Positions 9,062 through 20,613 are shown, counted from the stretch's first letter. The stretch is 64,000 bases of DNA from Thermodesulfobacteriota bacterium (GCA_964291405.2 OZ219926.1:4032001-4096000), one strand, 5' to 3'. Translations and numbers: made by a program. The notes: generated by a model not told the origin, from the letters alone.

Positions 9062-12000
9062 GTGGCCGATAGTGTTGACACTGCGCCGCATGTCGGCGGC
9101 CCAATCGCCTGGATGGCGCGCAACCATGTGGCCGCCAATCTGCTGATGCTCCTGTTTCTCGTGGGTGGCCTCCTTCTCAGCACGCGAGTCAAACAGGAAA
9201 TTTTCCCCGAGTTCACCGCCGATACCATTACCGTCTCCGTGCTGCATCGCGGAGCCAGCCCCGCGGAAGTCGAGCAGGGTGTTATTCTATCCATCGAAGA
9301 CGAGGTGCGGGGGCTGGATGGGGTCCAGGAGGTGCGAGCTACGGCGACCGAAAGCCGCGCCAAGGTGACTATTGAACTGCTGACCGGCGCGGACACGGGC
9401 AAGGCGCTCCAGGATGTCAAAAACGCAGTGGACAGTATTCTGTCCTTTCCCGAGGAAGCGGAACGGCCGATCGTTAGCCTGTCCAAGATCCGCAACCTGG
9501 TGCTGACCCTACTAGTGCATGGCTCGCAGGATGAGCAGACTCTGCGCGATTTGGCCGAGCGTATTCGAGACGAGTTGCTGCAACGGCCCGGCGTGACCCT
9601 GATTGAGCTGGCGGCCGCCAGACCGCTGGAGATCAGTCTGGAGGTCCCGCAGCGCAACCTGCGGGCCTATAATCTGACCCTCGGTCGCATTGCCCGTGAG
9701 GTGCGCGAAGCGGCAATTGAACTGCCGGCCGGTGGGGTGAAAACCCCAGGCGGTGAAGTGCTGCTGCGCACTCAGGAACGCCGTGACTTTGCCCGCGAGT
9801 ACGCCAGTATCCCGGTCGCGGCGGCACCGGACGGCTCGCAGATTCTGGTGGGCGATATTGCGCATATTCATGACGGATTTGAGGAGACCGACGTGGAGGC
9901 GGTTTTCAACGGGCAACGCGCGGTCCGGATCCAGGTCTTTCGTGTTGGCAATGAAAGCCCGCAGTCGGTCTCCGATACAGTCCGAGCCTATGTAGCTGAA
10001 ATCGAGCCTGACCTGCCGCCCGGAATCGGATTAGCCGTCTGGAACGATCGGTCCGAAGTCTACCGCGACCGGGTCAATCTGTTGGTCAAAAACGCCTTCC
10101 TGGGTCTGGTCCTGGTCTTGTTGCTATTGGGAATCTTCCTCGACCCAAAGCTGGCCTTTTGGGTGACCCTGGGCATTCCCATCTCCATTTTAGGCTCGTT
10201 TCTTTTTCTGCCGTTGACCGGTGCCTCGATTAACATGATCTCGCTCTTTGCTTTTATTATTACCCTGGGCATTGTGGTAGATGACGCGGTGGTCGTCGGG
10301 GAAAACGTGTATGAAAGGCGTGAGCGTGGGATGCCCTTTTTGCAAGCCGCGACCGAAGGGGCCAGAGACATCGCCGGGCCGGTGCTGTTTGCCGTGTTGA
10401 CCAATATCGTGGCGTTTTTGCCGCTGGCCTTTGTACCGGGGACATTCGGAAGATTCTTTGGTCAGATTCCGGCGGTTGTGGTGGCTGTGTTTGTCGTCTC
10501 ACTCATTGAATCGCTCTTCATTCTGCCTGCCCATCTGTCGCGCCAGACACCCGAGAATCGGGTGTGGGCCGTATTCGGGAAGCCGCGCCGTATTCTTAAC
10601 GATCTCTTGCAGCGCGGCATGACGCAGATTTATCAGCCGCTCTTACGCCTCGCCTTGGCCAACCGGTACACGACGCTCGCCACTGGTATCGCGCTGCTGA
10701 TTCTAGCGGGTGGTGCGATTGGTGGGGGCCATGTTCCGTTCAGCTTTATTCCGCGTATTGATACCGATGTCGTCGCCGCTCAGGCGACGCTGCCGTTTGG
10801 GGTGCCGATGGAGACCGCCCGGCGTGTTCAGCATCAACTGCTCACCACGGCGCTGACCACTGTTGAGGAACACGGAGGGACGGACATACTCGAGGGTACG
10901 TATGCTCTGATCGGCGCGCCTCTGCCGTCGTTCGGGCCTCCGCGTGCCGAGGGCGTAGGGGGAAGTCACCTGGTGGGTGTGCAGGTCTCGCTCGTATCGT
11001 CGGATCAGCGCGAGATTGGCAGCCTGGAATTTGTGGACGCTTGGCGAGCGGCGAGCAGGCATATTGCCGGCATCGAAACCCTGACCTTTGAGGCCGAAAC
11101 GAATGTGAGCGAGGGGGCGGACATCGATATTCAGTTGACACACCGCGACCGGCCCACGCTGGAGGCTGCGGCAACGGAGTTGGCCCAGGTCCTGGCCGGG
11201 TATGCCGGGGTACGTGATATTGACGACGGTTTTGCCCGCGGTAAGCCGCAGTTGAGCCTGACGCTCAAACCCGAGGCGCGCAGCCTGGGTATCAACGCCA
11301 CCGACCTGGCCCGACAGGTCCGAAGCGCGTTCTATGGAGCGGAAGCGCTCCGGCAACAACGCGGGCGCAACGAAGTCCGAGTCATGGTACGCCTGCCTGA
11401 AAACGAGCGGCGCACGGCCCATACGGTTGAGCAGCTGATGCTGCGCACGGATGCCGGTGGTGAGATTCCACTCTTTCAGGCCGCGGATGTTGAGCGTGGC
11501 CGCGCCTATACCGAAATCCGCCGACGGGAAGGCCGACGGATTATTGCCGTAACCGCGGATGTGGACAAAAGCACGGCGAATACGAGTACCATTATGGCCG
11601 AGGTGCTCAGCCGGGAATTACCGGTCCTCATGCAAAAATACCCCGGCTTGAGCTATGCGCTGGAAGGCGAGGAGCTGTCCCGACAAGAGTCGCTTGAGGC
11701 CCTGGGCATCGGCTTTGTGTTTGCGCTGCTCGGTATCTACGGCCTGCTGGCCGTGCCCTTCCGCAGCTATTTCCAGCCGGTGCTCGTTATGCTGAGCATT
11801 CCGTTCGGCATCATCGGTGCGCTGCTGGGCCTTATTCTGCTCGGTCACGACCTGAGCGTCATCAGCCTGTTCGGGATTGTTGCCCTGTCCGGGGTGGTGA
11901 TCAACGACTCTCTGGTGCTGGTGGTCACGGCCAACAGCCTGCGCATGACGCGGCAGCTCTCGGCGAGCGAGGCCATTAGTCAGGCCGGGACTCGTCGGTT

Positions 12001-12250
12001 CCGTCCTATTTTACTGACCTCGCTGACCACGTTTTTCGGGTTGACCCCGATGATTTTTGAGACCTCGGTCCAGGCCCGCTTCCTGGTGCCCATGGCCATT
12101 TCTCTCGGCTTCGGTATTTTGTTTGCAACCGTCATCATCCTGGTACTACTACCGGCCTCATATTTGATCCTGGAAGATATCCAGCATCTTCCATCCACTC
12201 TCCGAGCCCTGTTCAGCGTGGACGATCCGGTACGACCGGCCCCTCGTTAA
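9062..12250 (+). CDS. RND efflux transporter permease (AcrB/AcrD/AcrF family)
   Basis: 1062 aa; GIVVDDAVVVGEN, RFRPILLTSLTT. Confidence 0.95.
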   Translation: MADSVDTAPHVGGPIAWMARNHVAANLLMLLFLVGGLLLSTRVKQEIFPEFTADTITVSVLHRGASPAEVEQGVILSIEDEVRGLDGVQEVRATATESRAKVTIELLTGADTGKALQDVKNAVDSILSFPEEAERPIVSLSKIRNLVLTLLVHGSQDEQTLRDLAERIRDELLQRPGVTLIELAAARPLEISLEVPQRNLRAYNLTLGRIAREVREAAIELPAGGVKTPGGEVLLRTQERRDFAREYASIPVAAAPDGSQILVGDIAHIHDGFEETDVEAVFNGQRAVRIQVFRVGNESPQSVSDTVRAYVAEIEPDLPPGIGLAVWNDRSEVYRDRVNLLVKNAFLGLVLVLLLLGIFLDPKLAFWVTLGIPISILGSFLFLPLTGASINMISLFAFIITLGIVVDDAVVVGENVYERRERGMPFLQAATEGARDIAGPVLFAVLTNIVAFLPLAFVPGTFGRFFGQIPAVVVAVFVVSLIESLFILPAHLSRQTPENRVWAVFGKPRRILNDLLQRGMTQIYQPLLRLALANRYTTLATGIALLILAGGAIGGGHVPFSFIPRIDTDVVAAQATLPFGVPMETARRVQHQLLTTALTTVEEHGGTDILEGTYALIGAPLPSFGPPRAEGVGGSHLVGVQVSLVSSDQREIGSLEFVDAWRAASRHIAGIETLTFEAETNVSEGADIDIQLTHRDRPTLEAAATELAQVLAGYAGVRDIDDGFARGKPQLSLTLKPEARSLGINATDLARQVRSAFYGAEALRQQRGRNEVRVMVRLPENERRTAHTVEQLMLRTDAGGEIPLFQAADVERGRAYTEIRRREGRRIIAVTADVDKSTANTSTIMAEVLSRELPVLMQKYPGLSYALEGEELSRQESLEALGIGFVFALLGIYGLLAVPFRSYFQPVLVMLSIPFGIIGALLGLILLGHDLSVISLFGIVALSGVVINDSLVLVVTANSLRMTRQLSASEAISQAGTRRFRPILLTSLTTFFGLTPMIFETSVQARFLVPMAISLGFGILFATVIILVLLPASYLILEDIQHLPSTLRALFSVDDPVRPAPR

Positions 12251-12360
12251 AAAGACTGCGCTGCCGACACCCCCCGCTGCCGAGTACTGTTGACATGCAT
12301 ACAGAATGCATATATTGGGACTATGCATGCAAACGGCCTGTATGGCTCATATGGGGTAGT

Positions 12361-12811
12361 TATAACATTCCGATTCGCTGACGGAGAACATAAGGGAGCG
12401 ATGCTTGCCTCCAGATCGAGAGAGGAGGGGCCATATGAGCAGAGCGTACTCGTTGGATTTGCGGGAGCGGGTGCTTGACGCGGTGGCGGCGGGCCAATCG
12501 GCGCGCAGTGCGGCCGCGCATTTCGGGATTGGCACGGCGACAGCTGTACGGTGGGTGCGCCGGTGGCGTGAGACGGGGGAGAGGGTCGCGCACAAGCAGG
12601 GCCATCCCGTGGGGTCGAAGCTCGACGTGCATGCGGAGTATCTACTGGGCCTCATTGCAGACAAAGGGAGCCTGACACTGGAGGAGTTGCGGACCCGTCT
12701 CGCTCAGGAGCGCGGGATGCAGGTCGCCATCAGCACGCTCTGGGGTTTCTACCAGAAGCATGGAGTCTCGTTCAAAAAAAGACCGGGCATGCGCAAGAGT
12801 CCGCCGGGTAA
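12361..12811 (+). mobile_element. IS630-family insertion sequence remnant (HTH orfA and slippery site; DDE part missing)
   Basis: MSRAYSLDLRERV at ATG 12434; TTCAAAAAAAG at 12771-12781; the -1 frame reads KKTGHAQE and then stops; left end at TA near 12361 is approximate. Confidence 0.8.
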
Positions 12812-12908
12812 GGCATACAAATCGCCTGGGCGGCCTGAGTCTGAAGGCAACCAACCCGCAACCCTATCCGTTTGATATTTCCTGCTGAATGATGAAGACG
12901 GACGGTCC

Positions 12909-13295
12909 CTAACCCTTTATCTCGTTTGACCGATTTCCGTCCCTGGGAGATTGGGTCAAGAAATAATCCAGACTCAGCCACAGGCTTTTTGAGTGACGGA
13001 AGCACAGGATAGGAAAGCCGATGGCGAAGGCGCTCCAGACCAGCATCTGGTGCGTTAACGACCAATCCGTCCAAGAGTCCAGAATCAAAAAGCCGGGGGT
13101 GGCAATTAACACCGTGGCGGCGTAATTGAGATAAATCGCGCCAACGTAATAGCCCTGTTCCGGTTCAAAGGACAGGGAGCACGCAGGACAATGCTCAAAG
13201 AGCGTAAAGGCGCGTGTAAACAGGCGGCCCTGTCCGCAGCGTGGACACTGAAGGCGGAGACAGCGACCGAGGATGGGCAGGAGGCGGCGGAGCAT
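12909..13295 (-). CDS. DUF983 domain protein
   Basis: CPRCGQGRLF...CPACSL and two TM helices; CAT at 13293-13295 and CTA at 12909-12911 show minus strand (track says +). Confidence 0.85.
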   Translation of the reverse strand: MLRRLLPILGRCLRLQCPRCGQGRLFTRAFTLFEHCPACSLSFEPEQGYYVGAIYLNYAATVLIATPGFLILDSWTDWSLTHQMLVWSAFAIGFPILCFRHSKSLWLSLDYFLTQSPRDGNRSNEIKG

Positions 13296-13468
13296 ACGGG
13301 AGGTCTTTCTAGACGCTTATTGGCTGTACCGTCTCGCTGAATGTAGAGACTTTCATACGGACCTGTCCTCCACCGTGACGCCCGTTCATCCGGGCAGGTG
13401 TGTCCAATTGCGTGCCGACAACGCGCCCACTTGTCGGACTTTCCTCATCCGCTACGCTGGTTGCAACG

Positions 13469-13924
13469 ATGACGGCTCGGTACCGACTTGAACGCGTGCA
13501 GCGCATTCCGCAACCGCTTGAGACCGTTTTCTCATTTTTTGCTGACGCGGAAAACCTGGAGCGCATTACCCCGCCGTTTTTGCATTTTCGTATTCTGACC
13601 CCGTTGCCTATGACCATGCAGGTCGGTGCGCATATTGAATATCATCTCAGACTTATTGGGTTTCCCATCCAGTGGACTACACGGATAGAGGACTATGCGC
13701 CTCCGCACCGTTTTGTCGATAGCCAACTCTCCGGGCCCTATAAGCAGTGGGTGCATCTGCATGAGTTCTCAGCGAGTGTCGATGGAACCCTGATGCGGGA
13801 TGTAGTGGATTACGACATCCCGTACGGCATTATTGGCACGTTGGCCCAGAAACTCTTTGTCGCCCATATGCTGGAACGCATCTTTGATTACCGCCGAGAG
13901 GCAATCACGGCTCTTCTGGGTTGA
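13469..13924 (+). CDS. SRPBCC (START-like) family protein
   Basis: VFSFFADAENLERITPP, FVDSQLSGPYKQWVHLHEF, IFDYR. Confidence 0.88.
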   Translation: MTARYRLERVQRIPQPLETVFSFFADAENLERITPPFLHFRILTPLPMTMQVGAHIEYHLRLIGFPIQWTTRIEDYAPPHRFVDSQLSGPYKQWVHLHEFSASVDGTLMRDVVDYDIPYGIIGTLAQKLFVAHMLERIFDYRREAITALLG

Positions 13925-14435
13925 CCTGAGATGACATGGTGTGGGCCAGCCACAGGAGGCCGGGAACGACGAGGCTCCACACTATAGCCAGGACCATCAG
14001 CGTGGTCCTGGTAGAAGGGACAAAGGTGAGCGCCCCTAGGCCCACGCCGGCATAATAGCTCAGCGGTCCGCCCGCCGCACCAAAGAGACAAGCCAGGCGA
14101 TAGCGTACGCGCAGCCAGCGCATGGAGTGATTGAGGGTTGAGGCAAACCCCATCCACAGCGCCGTCATCCATACCGGACACAGCCATGAGAGGGTATGAT
14201 TCGTAAAGGTGTACAGACCGCCCAGCATGAGCAGCGAATCCAGACTAGTCCCGAACAGACCCGTGACCAGGATGAAGCGCAATTCTTGCGTACGATTTGC
14301 CGTAAGAAAGAAATGCAGAGCCAGTAACGCGGCCATGACCAGCACGCCCAGCCACGGCATGTTGTAGACAGCGCCCAAGAGACAGGCAAACCAGCCGAGG
14401 TAAAACGAGGTTATGTTGATGAAGGGATGAACCAT
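13905..14435 (-). CDS. DUF2878 family membrane protein
   Basis: FYLGWFAC, PVWMTALWMGFASTL, GGPLSYYAG. Confidence 0.85.
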   Translation of the reverse strand: MVHPFINITSFYLGWFACLLGAVYNMPWLGVLVMAALLALHFFLTANRTQELRFILVTGLFGTSLDSLLMLGGLYTFTNHTLSWLCPVWMTALWMGFASTLNHSMRWLRVRYRLACLFGAAGGPLSYYAGVGLGALTFVPSTRTTLMVLAIVWSLVVPGLLWLAHTMSSQVNPEEP

Positions 14436-14658
14436 AGGAGGCGAGGTTCAGTCGAGACACACCAGACTCGCGTCACTACACAGGTTTGGTCGATAATTAC
14501 CGTATAGCACCAAGTCTATGCTCTCAACACTACCCTCACAATAACCGGAGGGCTTCTCAGTTTGCGTCATGTCTATACAATGGGAAGAACCCGACAGAGA
14601 GAAAACCAGAGGAAATCGTTCTGGCGTGGAAAGGGAAGGAGTAGGGGGTGGTAGTCCG

Positions 14659-15417
14659 GTGAGCAAGGAGGGGAAGGCACCCGACTCATCTCGAAGTCAG
14701 TCGGGTCGGCCGCTTATTGCATTACGAGACCTGACCAAGGTGTATCAGGAAGGCGAGCGTCTCCATCCGGTCTTGCGGCAGGTCAACTTATCCATTCAGT
14801 CCGGCGAGTTTGTTGTGCTGCTCGGACGGAGTGGGTCAGGAAAATCCACCCTCCTCAATGTGCTGAGCGGTATCGACCTGCCGACCAGCGGTGAAGTCGT
14901 CTTTTCCACCGATCGGGGCGAAGTGAATCTCACCCGACTGAGTGAACGCGAGCGCACATTATTCCGTCGCGTGCATATTGGTTTTATCTTCCAGTTTTTT
15001 AATTTGATTCCGACCTTGTCAGTCGAAGAAAATCTGCTCCTGCCGCTAGAACTCAATAGTCGCACAGGGCCGGCAGAGCAAGGCCGGGCACACGACCTGC
15101 TTGAGGCCGTCGGCCTGGAAGATCGTGCCCAGAGCTTTCCCGACCGTCTGTCCGGAGGCGAGCAACAGCGCGTCGCCATAGCTCGGGCCTTGGTCCACGA
15201 CCCGCTGCTGCTGCTCGCCGATGAACCCACCGGCAATCTTGATCTTGAGACCGGGCGGCGGGTGCTCGAGTTGCTGGACCGACTGACCCGACAACGCGGC
15301 AAAACGCTGATCATGGTCACCCACAGCCCCGAGGTGATTGGAGTCGCCGACCGTTTGCTCACGCTACACGCCGGTCAAGTGGTTGCGAGTGACTACCCTA
15401 CCGAGGCCGCCGGATGA
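14659..15417 (+). CDS. ABC transporter ATP-binding protein (LolD/MacB-type, AttE-like)
   Basis: [28 protein letters not shown]; start codon uncertain. Confidence 0.92.
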   Translation: MSKEGKAPDSSRSQSGRPLIALRDLTKVYQEGERLHPVLRQVNLSIQSGEFVVLLGRSGSGKSTLLNVLSGIDLPTSGEVVFSTDRGEVNLTRLSERERTLFRRVHIGFIFQFFNLIPTLSVEENLLLPLELNSRTGPAEQGRAHDLLEAVGLEDRAQSFPDRLSGGEQQRVAIARALVHDPLLLLADEPTGNLDLETGRRVLELLDRLTRQRGKTLIMVTHSPEVIGVADRLLTLHAGQVVASDYPTEAAG

Positions 15418-17969
15418 GTTGGCTGTTGTGTCGTTCCAGCCTTCGCTATTTACAGCACCATGCCTGGCAGGTCGGCCTGGCGCTGCTGGGTGTTGCCCTC
15501 GGTGTTGCGGTCGTTGTGGCGATTGACGTGGCAAACGAGAGTGCCCGTCGGGCCTTTCTGTTGGCGACGCAGAGCATCGTTGGACGAGCGACGCATCAGA
15601 TTGTTGGAGGGCCAAATGGATTATCCGAGGAGGTGTATCGCCGTTTGCGGCTGACGGGAAAAGTCCGGGCTCTTGCGCCCGTGGTAGAAAGCGATGTCGC
15701 CGCGACAGACTATCCCGGTCGGATTTTTCATTTGCTCGGGGTTGACGCGTTTGCGGAAGCTCCCTTTCGTCCGTATCTCAGTAGCGCGGATACGACTCCT
15801 GACAATGACTTTCTTGCCTTTCTGACCAGGCCGGCCACCGGCCTGATTGCTGCCCGTACTGCCCGACAGCTCGGTCTCGATATTGGAGACCGACTCAGCG
15901 TCCGGGTTGGTACCCGACACCAGGCTGTGACCCTGGTGGGCTTACTTGACCCGCGTGAGAGCCGGGTCGCCAGCGCGGTGGAGAATCTGCTCATAACGGA
16001 TATTGCCACGGCTCAGGAAATCCTGGGGCTTGTCGGCCAGTTGAGCCGGATTGATGTCCTAGCACCCGAGGGTGAAGCCGGGCACACGCTCCTGGCAACG
16101 ATTCGTCAGCTTTTGCCCGCCGGGGTAGAAGTCCTGTCGTCGCGGGGTCGTTCGCAGGCCATCGAACAGATGACACGGGCCTTCCAACTCAACCTGACGG
16201 CCTTGAGTCTGCTCGCGCTGATCGTTGGAGCGTTTCTCATTTATAACACTATGACCTTCTCCGTGGTCCAACGGCGGAGCCTGCTCGGCCTGCTGCGCGT
16301 CCAGGGCGTGACCCGCCGTGAGATTTGCCTCTTGGTTCTGGGTGAAGCCGTGTGCATGGGCGGAGTGGGGACAGTCGCCGGTATTGGTCTGGGAATTTTA
16401 CTCAGCCACGGCTTGGTGCAACTCGTGACGCGCACGATTACCGACCTGTACTTTGTCCTGACTGTACGTGAACTCGCGCTAACCCCGGTTGTGCTCGGCA
16501 AAGGCATGGTGCTCGGCATCGGGGCCAGCCTGCTGGCCGCCCTCAGGCCAGCCTGGGAAGCCACAGCAACACCCCCCCGCATGACCTTGCAGCGTTCAAG
16601 CCTGGAGACACGCGCTCGGCAAACCGCACCGCGAACGATGTTCCTGGGCCTACTAGCGCTCGCTGCCGGACTTGGCGGTCTGTGGCTATCGGGTACGAAT
16701 TTATGGCTGAGTTTCGGTTCCCTGTTTGGCGTTCTCCTCGGCTGCGTGCTGATGACACCGTTGACGACCGTTGGCTGCATCCGCCTGCTTCAACCATTGC
16801 TGAGTGCGTGGGGTGGGGTGCTCGGGCGTTTGTGCGGACGGAGCGTGGTGGCCACGCTGAGTCGGACCGCGGTGGCGATTGCCGCGCTGATGGTAGCCGT
16901 GTCCGTTACAGTCGGTGTGGGAATCATGGTACAGAGTTTTCGCCAAACAGTCGTACGTTGGCTGGAATCCTCACTCCATGCCGATGTCTATATTGCCCCG
17001 CCAAGCCTGATTGCCCGCCGGAGTGATTCCACGCTCGATCCAGCGCTGGTGCAGCGACTGGCATCCGCTCCCGATATTGAGCGGGTGAACACTTATAGAG
17101 GGCTTCAGGTCGAATCCCATCTGGGTCTCACCCAACTGGTTGCCCTTGACTTGGCGAAACGCAGCTATGCGGCCTTCACGTTTATCGCCGGTGAGCCGCA
17201 AGCCATCTGGCCGTCGTTTCAGAACGGGGCTGCGGTCATTATTTCCGAGCCTTATGCCTATCGGCACAAGCTGGGCCTCAACGACGCACTTCAACTACGC
17301 ACAGACCGGGGTGAGCACGCGTTTCGGGTCGTCGGGATTTTTACGGATTACGGCTCGGATCAAGGCATCGTAATGATGAGCCGGCGTACCTATGACCGGT
17401 GGTGGCAGGATGCAAAGGTCTCCTCCCTCGGCGTGTACGCCGCTCCGAATACCGATGTAGACCGCCTCGTCGAATCACTCCGCAGGCTGGCCGGGACAGA
17501 GCACGATGTCCTCATCCGCTCAAACCGGACTTTACGCCAAGCCTCGCTCGAAATCTTTGATCGAACCTTTACCATAACAACCGTCCTCCATTTGCTCACC
17601 ACGGTGGTGGCCTTCATCGGGGTATTGAGCGCGCTGATGGCCCTCCAGCTTGAACGGGCGCGTGAACTTGGGGTGCTGCGCGCGACCGGCTATACCCCCG
17701 GTCAGGTCTGGGGGCTTATGACCTCCCAAACCGGGTTGATGGGTCTTATTGCCGGTCTGCTGGCCGTGCCTGTCGGGATCGGACTGGCGCTAATTTTAGT
17801 CTTGGTGATTAATCGGCGCTCGTTTGGCTGGACCCTGCAAATTGAGATTGCTCCGGAGATCCTTGTGCAGGCTGTTGTAATGGCAGTGGCCGCCGCGCTG
17901 CTGGCCGGTCTCTACCCGGCCCTGCGCATGGCCCGGACCTCGCCGGCCCTGGCCTTGCGTAATGAATAA
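15414..17969 (+). CDS. FtsX-like double-domain ABC permease (AttF/G-like)
   Basis: 851 aa with two MacB/FtsX halves; INRRSFGWT; ATGA overlap with the ATPase. Confidence 0.9.
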   Translation: MSWLLCRSSLRYLQHHAWQVGLALLGVALGVAVVVAIDVANESARRAFLLATQSIVGRATHQIVGGPNGLSEEVYRRLRLTGKVRALAPVVESDVAATDYPGRIFHLLGVDAFAEAPFRPYLSSADTTPDNDFLAFLTRPATGLIAARTARQLGLDIGDRLSVRVGTRHQAVTLVGLLDPRESRVASAVENLLITDIATAQEILGLVGQLSRIDVLAPEGEAGHTLLATIRQLLPAGVEVLSSRGRSQAIEQMTRAFQLNLTALSLLALIVGAFLIYNTMTFSVVQRRSLLGLLRVQGVTRREICLLVLGEAVCMGGVGTVAGIGLGILLSHGLVQLVTRTITDLYFVLTVRELALTPVVLGKGMVLGIGASLLAALRPAWEATATPPRMTLQRSSLETRARQTAPRTMFLGLLALAAGLGGLWLSGTNLWLSFGSLFGVLLGCVLMTPLTTVGCIRLLQPLLSAWGGVLGRLCGRSVVATLSRTAVAIAALMVAVSVTVGVGIMVQSFRQTVVRWLESSLHADVYIAPPSLIARRSDSTLDPALVQRLASAPDIERVNTYRGLQVESHLGLTQLVALDLAKRSYAAFTFIAGEPQAIWPSFQNGAAVIISEPYAYRHKLGLNDALQLRTDRGEHAFRVVGIFTDYGSDQGIVMMSRRTYDRWWQDAKVSSLGVYAAPNTDVDRLVESLRRLAGTEHDVLIRSNRTLRQASLEIFDRTFTITTVLHLLTTVVAFIGVLSALMALQLERARELGVLRATGYTPGQVWGLMTSQTGLMGLIAGLLAVPVGIGLALILVLVINRRSFGWTLQIEIAPEILVQAVVMAVAAALLAGLYPALRMARTSPALALRNE

Positions 17970-17983
17970 ACGGTGAGAGTTGA

Positions 17984-19189
17984 ATGAGCCTCTTTCTGCG
18001 TATCGTGGGAATCCTTCTGACGCTGGCTGTCTTGGTCTGGGCGGGGCAGTGGTATCTCGTTGGGCAAGCGCCTGACCATACGACCACGGAACCCAGGCTG
18101 TCGCTCGGCCAGGCGCTAGGTGGGGATCTGGCCGGCTTTGCTCGGGCAGACCGCCCGCGGAAATTTCGATTCCCGGACGACCATGGGCCGCATCCGAACT
18201 ATCGGACGGAGTGGTGGTATTACACCGGCAATCTGAAATCTACCGAAGGTCGCCATTTCGGATTCCAACTCACATTTTTCCGAACGGCCTTGAATGCGCC
18301 ACCAGACCGAGCTGGGCGCGCCTCGGCCTGGGGGACACAGGACGTGTATATGGCCCATTTCGCGCTGAGCGACGTAGCGGCGCACCGTTTTTACGCCTTT
18401 CAGCGTTTGAGTCGAGCGGCGTTTGGTTTGGCTGGTGCGTCGGCCGCCCCCTTTCGCGTCTGGCTCGAAGACTGGTCGGTTACCGGAGAGACGGCTGTAG
18501 GGCAGCCCGTGTCCATGCAGCTCTCCGCTGAAGAACAGGACGTGGCGCTGGACCTCAGGCTGGTGTCAGACAAGCCTATTGTCTTACATGGCCGGAATGG
18601 GCTGAGTCAGAAAGGTACTGCGGCAGGTCAGGCTTCGTATTATTATTCCCTCACCCGTCTGCGCTCGGCCGGCGTCATTCGATTGGGAGACGAAGAATTC
18701 CAGGTACAGGGGCTGAGCTGGATGGACCGGGAATGGAGTACGAGCGTGCTGGGCGACGCGCTCCAGGGCTGGGACTGGTTTGCCCTTCAGCTCACAGACG
18801 GACAAGAATTGATGGTCTATCAGGTACGCCAGCAATCGGGCGGCATCCATCCCCTCAGCAGCGGAACCCTGGTCGCCGCGGATGGGACGCCGCAGGCTCT
18901 GACCTCGGCGGACTTTCAGATTGAGGTGCTGCAAACCTGGCAGAGTCCGACTGACGGAACTGCATACCCAGCCAAATGGCGGGTGCGTATTCCGGGCGAG
19001 GCGATTGACCTGACGATTACGCCGTATATGGCTGACCAGGAAATGCACACGCTGATTCGGTACTGGGAAGGCGCGGTCCGGGCGCAGGGGACAGTGCAAG
19101 GACGCCCACTCGAAGGCGACGGCTATGTTGAACTGACCGGCTACGGTGAAAAAAAGGCGGGCTCAGCGGTGTTTGGCAGGATGTCATGA
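17984..19189 (+). CDS. AttH/CrtC-like lipocalin-domain protein (secreted hydratase-like)
   Basis: DHGPHP.YRTEWWY, SWMDREWS, GWDWF, YWEG, GYVELTGY. Confidence 0.88.
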   Translation: MSLFLRIVGILLTLAVLVWAGQWYLVGQAPDHTTTEPRLSLGQALGGDLAGFARADRPRKFRFPDDHGPHPNYRTEWWYYTGNLKSTEGRHFGFQLTFFRTALNAPPDRAGRASAWGTQDVYMAHFALSDVAAHRFYAFQRLSRAAFGLAGASAAPFRVWLEDWSVTGETAVGQPVSMQLSAEEQDVALDLRLVSDKPIVLHGRNGLSQKGTAAGQASYYYSLTRLRSAGVIRLGDEEFQVQGLSWMDREWSTSVLGDALQGWDWFALQLTDGQELMVYQVRQQSGGIHPLSSGTLVAADGTPQALTSADFQIEVLQTWQSPTDGTAYPAKWRVRIPGEAIDLTITPYMADQEMHTLIRYWEGAVRAQGTVQGRPLEGDGYVELTGYGEKKAGSAVFGRMS

Positions 19190-20613
19190 GAACGGAGGTT
19201 TTTATCCGTCGGGTACACATTCCCTCGCCAGCGGCTGAGGTCTTTCAGTGGCACGCACAGCCGGGGACGTTCGAGCGCCTCACTCCACCCTGGGAGTCGG
19301 TGGAAATTGTTGAACGCAGCGGTGGGATTGAAAACGGTGGGCGAGTGGTGCTGCGTATGGGGCTTGGTCCGGTTTCCCGACAATGGGTCGCCGAACATCG
19401 TGACTACGAAGCGGGAGTCCAATTCCGAGATGTCCAAATCTCCGGGCCTTTTGCCCACTGGGAGCATACCCACCGAATTGAAGCGGACGGACGAGCGGGC
19501 TGCATTTTGGAGGATCGGATTGAATACGCGCTACCGGGCGGACGTCTGGGTCAGATACTCGGTGGTGTATGGACCAGACGAAAATTAGCGCGGCTCTTCG
19601 CCTATCGGCATGAGGTGACGTACCAGGATGTGCTTGCTCATTACCATAATCGACAGCACAATCAGTCAAACTATGGAGGAAGACCGATGAAGGTACTCGT
19701 CTCCGGTGCAAGCGGTTTGGTTGGCTCCGCGCTTATCCCTTTCCTGACAACGGGTGGGCATGGCGTCACGCGTTTGGTCCGAAAGGACAGGGCGAGTGTG
19801 GGAGACGGTGAAGTCGCCTGGTCTCCGGATACCGGCACGATTGATCGGGCCGGGCTCGAAGGGTTTGACGCGGTTGTCCATCTGGCCGGAGAGAACATTG
19901 CCTCCGGGCGTTGGACCTCCGAGCGCAAACGTCGCATTCGGGACAGCCGGGTCAATGGAACCCAGGTACTATGCGAAGCCCTGACACAATGTGCCCAGCC
20001 GCCCAAGGTCTTTGTCGGTGCCTCCGCGATTGGGTATTACGGGGATCGTGGAGACGAGACCTTGACCGAAGAGAGTGGAGCAGGGGAGGGGTTTCTGACC
20101 GAGGTCTGTCGGGACTGGGAGGCTGCTGCGGCCGGGTTGACCAATACAGAGATACGGACCGCCCTGCTGCGGATCGGCATTGTCCTCAGTCCCACCGGTG
20201 GCGCGCTGAAAAAAATGCTCTTACCTTTTCAGCTTGGTCTGGGCGGCGTTATTGGCACAGGCACACAGTATATGAGCTGTATTGCCCTGGACGACGTTAT
20301 CGGGGTGATACAGCACGCCATAACCAACGACGAGGTCAGCGGTCCGATCAATGCGGTGTGTCCCGAGACCGTGACGAATCGGGCATATACCCGGACGCTC
20401 GGCAGAGTCCTGGGGCGTCCTACACTGTTCCCGGTCCCAGCCTTTGCGGCCCGGCTTGCCTTTGGCGAGATGGCCGACACGCTGCTGCTCGCCAGCACTC
20501 GGGTTGAGCCGCGTGTCCTCATGCGGACTGGCTATGCCTTCCGCTACCCAAGTCTAGAGAGCGCCCTCCGACATGTGCTGGGCAAAGAGGCTGGGGCAGG
20601 GCGGTCCGAGTAA
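19186..20613 (+). CDS. SRPBCC domain fused to TIGR01777-family (SDR39U1/YfcH-like) oxidoreductase
   Basis: N-terminal FERLTPPW...GPFAHWEH; C-terminal VSGASGLVG, HLAGENI, SAIGYYG. Confidence 0.9.
   Translation: MRTEVFIRRVHIPSPAAEVFQWHAQPGTFERLTPPWESVEIVERSGGIENGGRVVLRMGLGPVSRQWVAEHRDYEAGVQFRDVQISGPFAHWEHTHRIEADGRAGCILEDRIEYALPGGRLGQILGGVWTRRKLARLFAYRHEVTYQDVLAHYHNRQHNQSNYGGRPMKVLVSGASGLVGSALIPFLTTGGHGVTRLVRKDRASVGDGEVAWSPDTGTIDRAGLEGFDAVVHLAGENIASGRWTSERKRRIRDSRVNGTQVLCEALTQCAQPPKVFVGASAIGYYGDRGDETLTEESGAGEGFLTEVCRDWEAAAAGLTNTEIRTALLRIGIVLSPTGGALKKMLLPFQLGLGGVIGTGTQYMSCIALDDVIGVIQHAITNDEVSGPINAVCPETVTNRAYTRTLGRVLGRPTLFPVPAFAARLAFGEMADTLLLASTRVEPRVLMRTGYAFRYPSLESALRHVLGKEAGAGRSE

Noticed and set aside
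12909-13295. ORF track lists this DUF983 ORF on the + strand
   Set aside because: The listed protein is encoded by the reverse complement (CAT at 13293-13295, CTA at 12909-12911); annotated as minus.
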